64,000 nucleotides of DNA, from the NCBI GenBank assembly GCA_049969475.1, contig JBMFOU010000019.1, forward strand, positions 187-64,186, written 5' to 3'. Position 1 is the first letter of the stretch; each line of letters begins with the position of its first letter. This document shows positions 1 through 7,736 of the stretch, piece by piece. The translations under genes were made by a program, and so were the position numbers. The notes under the pieces are model-generated. The model saw only the letters and a list, made by a program, of their open reading frames with translations. It had not been told where the DNA came from and made no database searches. Source of the DNA: Bacteroidales bacterium. GTDB lineage: Bacteria > Bacteroidota > Bacteroidia > Bacteroidales > TTA-H9.

Positions 1-174
1 TCTACAATAGAACGGATTTCAATAGCTTTTCCTAAAACCTCGAAAGAACAAGAGAAAATTGCTAATACACTTTCCTCCGTTGATGATTTGATAAAAGCCC
101 AACACCAAAAAATAGAACTATTGCAACAACACAAAAAAGGATTATTGCAGGGATTGTTTCCTAACCTTAATTGA
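1..174 (+). CDS. hsdS: Type I restriction-modification specificity subunit HsdS, 3' end (partial; not in ORF track)
   Basis: Frame 1 reads ...IAFPKTSKEQEKIANTLSSVDDLIKAQHQKIELLQQHKKGLLQGLFPNLN*. This is the conserved P..EQ.KIA..L...D..I......K...L...KK.L.Q.LF helical C-terminal region of HsdS, and hsdM lies downstream. Confidence 0.9.
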   Translation, partial: STIERISIAFPKTSKEQEKIANTLSSVDDLIKAQHQKIELLQQHKKGLLQGLFPNLN

Positions 175-478
175 AATATGACCGAAAAATTTCAAAACAA
201 ATACCGCATACCTTCTGCCCGTGCCCCATGGTGGGATTACCGCAATGCCGCTGCCTATTTTATTACCATTTGCACCCAACACCGCCAACATTTTTTCGGG
301 GAAATTGTCCATGGGAAAATGGTATTATCCGAAATTGGAAAAATTGTTGAATCCGAATGGTTAAAAACATTTGAAATGCGTCCGGATATGAATATAACGA
401 TGGGCGAATTTGTGGTGATGCCCAATCATTTTCACGCCATTATTGGCATTGGCGAAAATGAATACAATACGCCAACAC

Positions 479-506
479 GTAGAGACGCAATGCATTGCGT
501 CTCTAC
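479..506. repeat. Perfect 28-bp REP-like palindrome GTAGAGACGCAATGCATTGCGTCTCTAC inside the RAYT ORF
   Basis: The first 14 nt are the exact reverse complement of the last 14. It begins with the GTAG tetranucleotide typical of REPs. Confidence 0.85.
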
Positions 507-507
507 T

Positions 508-543
508 GATGAAACCGATGAAACCCATGAAACCCAAAACCAA
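508..543 (+). repeat. Degenerate 9-bp tandem repeat (GATGAAACC GATGAAACC CATGAAACC CAAAACCAA) next to the palindrome
   Basis: Seen directly; encodes DET-DET-HET-QNQ. Confidence 0.7.
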
Positions 544-761
544 TTTGGACCGCAATCCAAAAACCTGGCATCTATTATTCGTGGATTTAAATCATCCGTG
601 ACGATTGCCGCCCGTAAAATCAACCCTGCATTTGCATGGCAATCCCGTTTTCACGACCACATCATTCGCAATGATGAATCCCATCAAAAAATAAGGCAAT
701 ATATTTTGAATAACCCTGCCCATTGGCAGGACGACCAATTAAAAAAATAGACATTATACCT

Positions 762-2372
762 ATGACAACAAACAACCATACCGAATTAGGCAAAACCCTC
801 TGGAAAATAGCCGACGACCTGCGAGGTTCCATGAACGCCGACGATTTCCGCGATTACATGCTTTCGTTCTTATTTCTACGCTACCTGAGCGACAACTACG
901 AAGAAGCAGCCCGGAAAGAACTCGGTAAAGATTATCCATCGCTCAGCGGAAACGGGGGCAAAACCCCACTATTCATTTGGTACGAACAAAACCCCGGCGA
1001 TGTGGCCGAATTTGAAAAGCAGATGCGAAGAAAGATACACTATGTCATAGAACCGCAATATTTGTGGAAGCATATCGCCTACCTGGCCAAAACCCAGAGC
1101 AAAGACTTGCTTAAGACTTTACAGGATGGCTTCAAATACATCGAAAACCAATCGTTCGAAAGAGCCTTTCAGGGTTTGTTCTCCGAAATCAACCTGGATT
1201 CCGATAAACTCGGAAAAAGTTATGAGGAGCGCAACAAAAAACTTTGCACCATTATTCAGAAAATTGCCGAGGGCATTAACCAGTTTTCCCCCGATAAGGA
1301 TATTTTAGGCGATGCCTACGAATACCTTATTGGTCAGTTTGCGGCAGGTTCGGGCAAAAAAGCGGGCGAATTTTACACCCCGCAACGCATTTCCGATATT
1401 CTCTCCGAAATTGTAATTCTCGACAGCCAAAACCCGGCCCAGGGCAAAAAGAAAAAAATCGAGCGGGTTTTAGACTTTGCCTGCGGTTCGGGGTCATTGC
1501 TACTAAACGTTCGCAGAAAAATAATGGAAGCAAATGGAACCATCGGCAAACTCTACGGACAGGAAAAAAACATCACCACCTACAACCTTGCCCGGATGAA
1601 CATGCTGTTGCATGGGGTGAAAGACACCGAATTCGAAATCCATCACGGAGATACCCTGCTCAACGATTGGGAGATCTTAAAAGAAATCAATCCGGCCAAG
1701 AAATTAGAATTTGATGCGGTAGTAGCCAATCCTCCCTTTAGCTACCGCTGGGAGCCCACCGAAGAAATGTCGCAGGACTTTCGTTTTAAAGATTACGGCC
1801 TGGCCCCTAAGTCGGCAGCAGATTTTGCCTTCCTGCTGCATGGCTTCCATTTCCTTGGCAAAGAGGGAACCATGGCTATCATTTTGCCTCACGGTGTATT
1901 GTTCAGAGGCGGAGCCGAGGAAAAAATCCGAAGAAAGCTCTTAGAAGACGGTAACATCGACACGGTTATAGGGCTACCGGGCAACCTGTTCTTCTCTACG
2001 GGGATTCCGGTTTGTATTTTGGTGCTGAAAAAGTGCAAAAAATTCGACGATGTGTTGTTTATCAATGCGGCCGAGCATTATGCGAAAGGCAAACGGCAAA
2101 ATGCGCTACTGCCCGAACACATAAGCAAGATTGTAGAAACCTACCAATACCGCAAAGAAGAAGACCGCTACTCCCGAAGGGTATCGATGGCAGAAATTGA
2201 AAAAAACGACTTCAACCTCAATATTTCACGCTATGTAAGCACAGCAGTTGAAGAAGAAATCATTGACCTGAAAGAAGTAAACCAAAAACTCGTTGACATT
2301 GAGAAAGAAATAGCAAAAGCAAGGGAAACCCATAATAACTTCTTAAGAGAATTGGGTCTTCCCCCCATATAA
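762..2372 (+). CDS. hsdM: Type I R-M N6-adenine methyltransferase subunit HsdM
   Basis: LW.IADDLRG, GEFYTP, DFACGSGSLL (SAM binding), NPPF (motif IV), FNLNISRY. ATG 762 is preferred over the upstream TTG, which overlaps the RAYT. Confidence 0.95.
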   Translation: MTTNNHTELGKTLWKIADDLRGSMNADDFRDYMLSFLFLRYLSDNYEEAARKELGKDYPSLSGNGGKTPLFIWYEQNPGDVAEFEKQMRRKIHYVIEPQYLWKHIAYLAKTQSKDLLKTLQDGFKYIENQSFERAFQGLFSEINLDSDKLGKSYEERNKKLCTIIQKIAEGINQFSPDKDILGDAYEYLIGQFAAGSGKKAGEFYTPQRISDILSEIVILDSQNPAQGKKKKIERVLDFACGSGSLLLNVRRKIMEANGTIGKLYGQEKNITTYNLARMNMLLHGVKDTEFEIHHGDTLLNDWEILKEINPAKKLEFDAVVANPPFSYRWEPTEEMSQDFRFKDYGLAPKSAADFAFLLHGFHFLGKEGTMAIILPHGVLFRGGAEEKIRRKLLEDGNIDTVIGLPGNLFFSTGIPVCILVLKKCKKFDDVLFINAAEHYAKGKRQNALLPEHISKIVETYQYRKEEDRYSRRVSMAEIEKNDFNLNISRYVSTAVEEEIIDLKEVNQKLVDIEKEIAKARETHNNFLRELGLPPI

Positions 2373-2590
2373 CGAACGGATGCATTGGGCCATGCAAGGT
2401 AAGCATCTTACAAGCCGGCATGTACACCGGTGAAGCGATGGCCCCCGGCATGGCTTCCTAAAAGACTTTAGTTCAAAACAGCCAAAGAGGGTAATTGAGA
2501 ATAAGACCTTTTGTCGAAAGCTTTATGAGGCTTTTTCCCGGATAAAAGTCGATAACTACAACAACCTCAGGATGTCTTAAGGATAAAAAA

Positions 2591-3694
2591 TCAGCGTTCG
2601 GGCATTTCGAAGTTGTATTGCATATCAGTAATTTCCAATTTCAACCAGGTCCAATCCTGCGCTTCAAGTTTCCAGGTGGCTGTCATCCGCGAAGGAATTT
2701 TAATGCCATCAAAAGTTTTGTATTCCTCCACCGCAATAATCCATTCATACTTTCGGGCATCCGGCTTATTATCCTTATATCTTTGGGCAGTAAACCGTAC
2801 AAAATCTCCCGACGAGTTAAAATAGAAGGTACCTGTTCCGGATTTTCCACGATACGTCATCGTTGCCATTACGGTGGTGTCATTTATCTGTTTCCATGCA
2901 ATATAATCGCTCAGAGCCAGGGAAGGGAACCACACTATCTCCCCCAAATACCTCTGAATCGTACCTTCATCGAGTTTATCACCCTGTTCGTTCACAATAG
3001 GCCAGAGTGCGTTAAGTTTAATTAGCATGTGGCCGGACCCATTGATGTACTTATCTCTTCCGACAAAGAAAAGCAAGTTGTTCATTTTTACTTCCACAAC
3101 CCAGATAAAGGCGGGAGGTTCGCCTGAGGTATATTGTAGGGCGGAAGCAGGCAGCCAGTCTTTCTGTTGGGGATTTAACTTCAGGTAGGCTTTTTGGGTT
3201 ATTTTACCCGAATAAATCAGGGGTTTGCCTACGGCTCCGGATGTGCGCAGCCATTTTCTTACAGGTTCAGGCAATTTACCCATATCATCTTCGCTCAGCA
3301 CCTTGTCGAATCTTATCTCACGTTGACGCATCCATTCCCCGATTTCTTTATGTACAAGGGTATGGAAATAAAAATTGCCACACATAATTAAAGACACCGC
3401 AGCCACAATCATATTGGGAAGAGTGCCAAACCTGGCATCCTTCCAATATATAACAATGAGCGCCTGCGAAATAATTACAGCGGCAAAACCCAGTAACCAA
3501 ACATACTTAAAATCAACAAAATATAATATTATAAATAAAACAAAAAGAATTGCAGCTAATAGCCATAGCAGGCCCCTGGCAGAGGAAATGGGAGATTTCA
3601 GTGGTGGAACCTCGACCAATTGAAAACCTTTTACAAAGCCCAGTAAATGAATGGCTGCATGTAAAACAACTATTACTGCGAAAACAGTTTTCAT
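2591..3694 (-). CDS. DUF6544-like membrane-anchored protein of unknown function
   Basis: Four N-terminal TM segments (LHAAIHLLG), then LPEPVRKWLRTSG..GKP and QRYLGEIVWFP motifs. Likely start MKTVF at 3694. Confidence 0.65.
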   Translation of the reverse strand: MKTVFAVIVVLHAAIHLLGFVKGFQLVEVPPLKSPISSARGLLWLLAAILFVLFIILYFVDFKYVWLLGFAAVIISQALIVIYWKDARFGTLPNMIVAAVSLIMCGNFYFHTLVHKEIGEWMRQREIRFDKVLSEDDMGKLPEPVRKWLRTSGAVGKPLIYSGKITQKAYLKLNPQQKDWLPASALQYTSGEPPAFIWVVEVKMNNLLFFVGRDKYINGSGHMLIKLNALWPIVNEQGDKLDEGTIQRYLGEIVWFPSLALSDYIAWKQINDTTVMATMTYRGKSGTGTFYFNSSGDFVRFTAQRYKDNKPDARKYEWIIAVEEYKTFDGIKIPSRMTATWKLEAQDWTWLKLEITDMQYNFEMPER

Positions 3695-3786
3695 ATTATA
3701 TTTTGAAGAATTTATATGTAGATGGTTTTCGTGAGCTGAAGAATACACAAAGCGGCAAAAAACACATGAGCCAGGACATTAATTTT

Positions 3787-6700
3787 TCAATTACCTCCCG
3801 GCTTAAATCCAATGGAAGGCCGGTCTTCAGGTCGGTTAGGTTTTGCCGTTTTGATAACTGCCTCTACGTCTACGAAGGTGATGATTTGCAGGGCATCGTG
3901 AGGTATATCGGGCATTTTGGACAATCGTTCGCTTTGAGCTCTCATTATATTTTCGAGCAGATTACGCACGAAGCGGGCATTGCCAAAATGCTTGTCTTTC
4001 GCTTCAAAGGCATCTATAAAGAAACCTAACAGGGCAGTTTCTGCTTCAGGTTCCAGTTGCATTTTGCGCTTGCGGCACATGGCTTCGAATATTTCGAAAA
4101 GCTCATCGGGCTGATAATCTGCGAAAGTAAAATACCGATTGAAACGATGCTTAAGGCCGGGATTGGTTTCAATAAGGGCTTTCATTTCATCGGTATAACC
4201 AGCCAAAATGACCACAAACTTATCGCGGTCGTTTTCCATACGAATAAGTAAGGTTTCGAGGGCCTCGCGTCCAAAATCGTTGCCTGAGTTTCCGGGAGGA
4301 TTAAGTGCATAGGCTTCATCGATGAATAGAACGCCATGCATAGCGGAGTCGATTACCTGCTGAGTCTTGGGTCCGGTCTGACCAATATATTCACCCACCA
4401 GGTCGTTGCGCGAGACCTCCACTACGTGTCCTTTGGGCAAAAGGCCCAGTGATTTATAGATACGGCCGATAAGGCGGGCCACCGTGGTTTTGCCGGTACC
4501 CGGAGGGCCCATAAAGACTGCATGCAACGACAGAGGTTGGGTGGCCAGTCCTTCCTCGCGACGCATCTTTTCAACCTTTAGAAAATTAAGCAGATTAAGT
4601 ATATCCTGCTTTATCTGAGTCAATCCGGTAAGTTCATTCAGCTCTTTGAGTATTTCATCGATCGACTCGGTAACCTCTTCTACAAACTCCTTACCTATGG
4701 CTTGTTCCACATCTGCAAGGGTAATGGTGGCCAGGTCGGCATCGGTGATGGTATCCATTTCGGCCAGCCGCGATGATTGGAGTCTGACAATTTCTTCAAA
4801 GAGGTTGCGCACCAAGCGGGCATTACCAAAATTTTTCGTACGCGATTGAAATTTCCAGGTAAAATACTTCAGCAATTTCTCGCGGGCCGCATCTTGCACA
4901 TTAAACTTGTTGGAAGCGGCCATGCGCATAAAAATTTCGAGGAGTTCATCGGCCGTATAATCCATAAAGGTAAAATAACGGTTAAACCTTGACTGTAGGC
5001 CAGGGTTGGAACCAATAAAGCAGGCCATTTCGTCGGTATATCCGGCCACAATCACCACCAGCCGGTCGCGGTAATCTTCCATGCGTTTGAGAAGCGTATC
5101 CACAGCCTCTTTACCAAAATCTTTGCCCCCGTCGGGAGGGATAAGGGTGTAGGCTTCATCAATAAACAGGATACCATCGAGAGCCGATCCAATGGCGGTG
5201 CTGGTTTTTATGGCAGTCTGTCCAATATATTCGGCTACCAAGGCTGAACGGTCCACCTCGATGAGATGGCCTTTTGACAGCAGACCCAGCGATTTATAAA
5301 TCTTACCCAGCAGTCGGGCCACGGTGGTTTTACCGGTTCCCGGAGGGCCCTGGAAGACAGAGTGCAAGGATATGGGATTGGCAGCCATTCCCCGTTCACG
5401 CCTGAGCTTTTCTACTTTAATGAATTTCATCAGACCGCTGATGTCAGCCTTGATGTTGGAAAGGCCTACCAACCGATCGACTTCGGCCAGCAATTCCTCG
5501 AGGGTAGGCTCCGGGCCTTCGTCTTTCCGGGCAGGAGCTACCGAACCTCCCGAGGGAGCCGTTTTGCACTCCTCCAGCGCATCCTTTAGATCTTCATTAT
5601 CAGGATCCACTTTCAGCCCCTGCTCAAAATATTTCTGGGCCAATTGGGTATCGCCGGCGTCTATCAGCGCTCGGCCAGCATATAAAAAGGCATTGGGGGT
5701 ATCTATCTTCGAGACTACCTTCCAATTACACGAGCGGGCCAGCGATGCAAGTTCTTCTATCTCGCCTTTGTTTTCCAACACTATGATGTAATTACAAAGA
5801 ATAATAGGATCGGTGCTTTCGAGCTTATAGGCCTTACGGTGATATTCCAGAGACTTGTCCATTTTGTCGAGCCACGACCAGGCAGCCCCCAGAGAATTGA
5901 GGGCGCTGGGAAAATCGGGCGAGTCTTCAATCGCTTTTTCGTAGTATTCGATAGCCTTCTGGTAATTTTCCTTTCTGAAATACTGTTCTCCGGTCTGAAA
6001 CAAGCGTTGCGCCTTGGGGCTTATCTTATATTCAGGAGCCGGCTCATCCGCAGTATCGTTCTTAATATCCGACGGAGTGTCCTCTTCCTCTTCTGATCCA
6101 ATGGTTTGATCCTCCTCCTCATCCACCAGCATCGACATTACAACCACCCACACGCCGTTGCCATACACCAGGTTTGTAATTTCGTATCCTTCATTCCACT
6201 TGGCAAGTATTTCATCCTTGGGAAATTCTTTGTTAAAAACATAGTACTGATCTCTGAAAGGGGCCCCTTGGGTCATTACCAGGCCCCATTTACCCTTGGC
6301 GGCTGGAGTAAGAGCAGTTATGTAGTAGTCTTTGGCCCAATAGTCTTTGATGGTATTTGAGGGAATATCGCTATAGAGTCCACTGATTTGTTCGGCATAG
6401 TCAGGCAAAATACCAAAGAGCACCACCCAACGGTTATCCCCATAAGCTAAATGAGTGATAAACTCACCTCCTTTAAGCGCTTCCTTGATTTCCTTGGAAG
6501 GAAACTCACCTGAGGTCATCCAGCGCTGATTAGCTATGAACGTATTATTGGAAAAAATCGCCCACCAACGGTCGTAACCGTAGCCGATGTCCGAAATATC
6601 AAGCCCATCGCTCCAGGCTTTCGAAATAGCATCCTTGGGAAATTCCTTGCGGGTACTCCAGCGCTGCTGTTGGTATTTGCTTTGGTTATCTGCCACCAGC

Positions 6701-6813
6701 ACCCACTTTTCTCCCGTATTGGCCAAAAGGTGAACACGCCCCCCTTCTTCCCAGATTTTATCTATCGACTCTTCCGGAAAACCTTCAGAAAAAATAATTC
6801 TGTTGCCAGCCAT
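3787..6813 (-). CDS. Multidomain AAA+ ATPase: five 46-aa repeats + acidic linker + TPR + two CbbX/SpoVK-type AAA+ domains
   Basis: Two copies each of GPPGTGKTT (Walker A), LFIDEAY (Walker B), NPGL.(S/H)RF (Arg finger) and FGNAR.VRN (sensor 2). TPR-like segment with AIEYYEKAIE..PDF and YFEQGLKVDPDN. N-terminal repeats (E/D)FP...I...W..G..I....YG...W. Confidence 0.85.
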   Translation of the reverse strand: MAGNRIIFSEGFPEESIDKIWEEGGRVHLLANTGEKWVLVADNQSKYQQQRWSTRKEFPKDAISKAWSDGLDISDIGYGYDRWWAIFSNNTFIANQRWMTSGEFPSKEIKEALKGGEFITHLAYGDNRWVVLFGILPDYAEQISGLYSDIPSNTIKDYWAKDYYITALTPAAKGKWGLVMTQGAPFRDQYYVFNKEFPKDEILAKWNEGYEITNLVYGNGVWVVVMSMLVDEEEDQTIGSEEEEDTPSDIKNDTADEPAPEYKISPKAQRLFQTGEQYFRKENYQKAIEYYEKAIEDSPDFPSALNSLGAAWSWLDKMDKSLEYHRKAYKLESTDPIILCNYIIVLENKGEIEELASLARSCNWKVVSKIDTPNAFLYAGRALIDAGDTQLAQKYFEQGLKVDPDNEDLKDALEECKTAPSGGSVAPARKDEGPEPTLEELLAEVDRLVGLSNIKADISGLMKFIKVEKLRRERGMAANPISLHSVFQGPPGTGKTTVARLLGKIYKSLGLLSKGHLIEVDRSALVAEYIGQTAIKTSTAIGSALDGILFIDEAYTLIPPDGGKDFGKEAVDTLLKRMEDYRDRLVVIVAGYTDEMACFIGSNPGLQSRFNRYFTFMDYTADELLEIFMRMAASNKFNVQDAAREKLLKYFTWKFQSRTKNFGNARLVRNLFEEIVRLQSSRLAEMDTITDADLATITLADVEQAIGKEFVEEVTESIDEILKELNELTGLTQIKQDILNLLNFLKVEKMRREEGLATQPLSLHAVFMGPPGTGKTTVARLIGRIYKSLGLLPKGHVVEVSRNDLVGEYIGQTGPKTQQVIDSAMHGVLFIDEAYALNPPGNSGNDFGREALETLLIRMENDRDKFVVILAGYTDEMKALIETNPGLKHRFNRYFTFADYQPDELFEIFEAMCRKRKMQLEPEAETALLGFFIDAFEAKDKHFGNARFVRNLLENIMRAQSERLSKMPDIPHDALQIITFVDVEAVIKTAKPNRPEDRPSIGFKPGGN

Positions 6814-6845
6814 AAAGTTTTGTTTATAAGTTGTTTATTTTCAAT

Positions 6846-7376
6846 TTAAGAACAATAAGGACAATGGTCGCCGGTGAAAGTATTTCCGCATCGGCTGCAA
6901 CGATAGGTTCCCGAGCTCGATTTAAATCCGGCTGAAAGCAGAGAACCTCCGAAAAATACGAGGAAAATGCCCACCACAATGATTATCACCAGGATAAACG
7001 CAAAGAATGTCAATACCAGGAGAAAGAAATTAATTATCAACCAGAAAACCAGTCGAGGAAAACCTCCCAGCAAGCCACCGGCCGCGAAACTTTCCATAAT
7101 AAGCAGAAGTAGCATCAAGAAAATCAGAAGGGTACCTGCCCACAGGAACCAGGTAAATCCATGGTATTCGGCACCCGGAATGAGAGTAAAGCCTCCATTG
7201 AAAAACCATTCCAACTCATCGCTATCGATGAGAGCACCCGTAAAAAGCAAAACGGCGCTGAAGAGACCAATCAACAAAGGCCATTTTCTGAATCGCCGGA
7301 TAGGAAAATATCTTTTCAATGAGAAGTTTTGTAAGGCATTCTTACTTTCTTCTCCTTTGCGGGCCGTTTCTTTCAT
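6846..7376 (-). CDS. Membrane protein (3-4 TM) with C-terminal zinc ribbon (CSRC...CPYC); start uncertain
   Basis: Long hydrophobic stretches and terminal YRCSRCGNTFTGDHCPYCS. Ends 32 nt before the AAA+ gene on the same strand. Confidence 0.7.
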   Translation of the reverse strand: MKETARKGEESKNALQNFSLKRYFPIRRFRKWPLLIGLFSAVLLFTGALIDSDELEWFFNGGFTLIPGAEYHGFTWFLWAGTLLIFLMLLLLIMESFAAGGLLGGFPRLVFWLIINFFLLVLTFFAFILVIIIVVGIFLVFFGGSLLSAGFKSSSGTYRCSRCGNTFTGDHCPYCS

Positions 7377-7576
7377 CTCATCCCGACGACTCAGGCCCAG
7401 CAGCCACTCGTCGATGGGTTCGAAATATTTGTAGATAAAGAAAACAGGTTTTATGGAATTTGGGGGGATTCGACGCTAAGGGATGGGCATCAGAAAGCTT
7501 GTTCAACAAACCTTTAGTCCCCCAAAACCTTAATTATTTCTACCCAAGGTGAGGAATGCCATTGTTAATTGACTAA

Positions 7577-7584
7577 CAAAAATA
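7577..7584 (-). promoter_or_regulatory. Bacteroidota -7 promoter box (TATTTTTG) upstream of the Zn-ribbon/AAA+ unit
   Basis: Matches TAnnTTTG on the minus strand, in an AT-rich divergent intergenic region. Confidence 0.45.
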
Positions 7585-7709
7585 ATATTTTTCTATATAA
7601 AACATAGTTTTATAAAATATAATGGTAATAAAATCAATAATTTAAAATCAATCTAAGTTAAGAGCAGGGAAGACGGTACAGAAGAAATTCCTTTTCAGCC
7701 AGGGTTTGC

Positions 7710-7717
7710 TACCTTTG
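7710..7717 (+). promoter_or_regulatory. -7 promoter box (TACCTTTG) for purF
   Basis: TAnnTTTG match about 20 nt upstream of the purF ATG. Confidence 0.65.
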
Positions 7718-7736
7718 CAGCCTAATTCGACGGCCC

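Larger units (their letters stand above)
178..750 (+). mobile_element. REP-associated tyrosine transposase (RAYT; Y1/HUH, IS200/IS605 superfamily)
   Basis: YFITICT, VVMPNHFHAI (HUH), WQSRFHDHIIRN and YILNNP (catalytic Tyr) motifs. Confidence 0.88.

Noticed and set aside
723-761. N-terminal extension of HsdM from the TTG start in the ORF track
   Set aside because: Overlaps the RAYT; HsdM similarity starts at ATG 762. Similar over-long starts were trimmed for several other genes, some of which overlap -7 boxes.
2373-2590. Short palindromes and an imperfect hairpin (about 2508-2548) after hsdM
   Set aside because: Too weak to call an element end or ncRNA; at most a terminator between convergent genes.
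4468-5350. DNA direct repeats around 4476-4510 and 5316-5350
   Set aside because: These are the two Walker A regions of the duplicated AAA+ domain, not a mobile or CRISPR repeat.
7454-7476. Minus-strand GTCGAATCCCCCCAAATTCCA, resembling a tRNA 3' end or att site at the island edge
   Set aside because: The T-stem does not pair, the CCA spacing is wrong and no cloverleaf forms.
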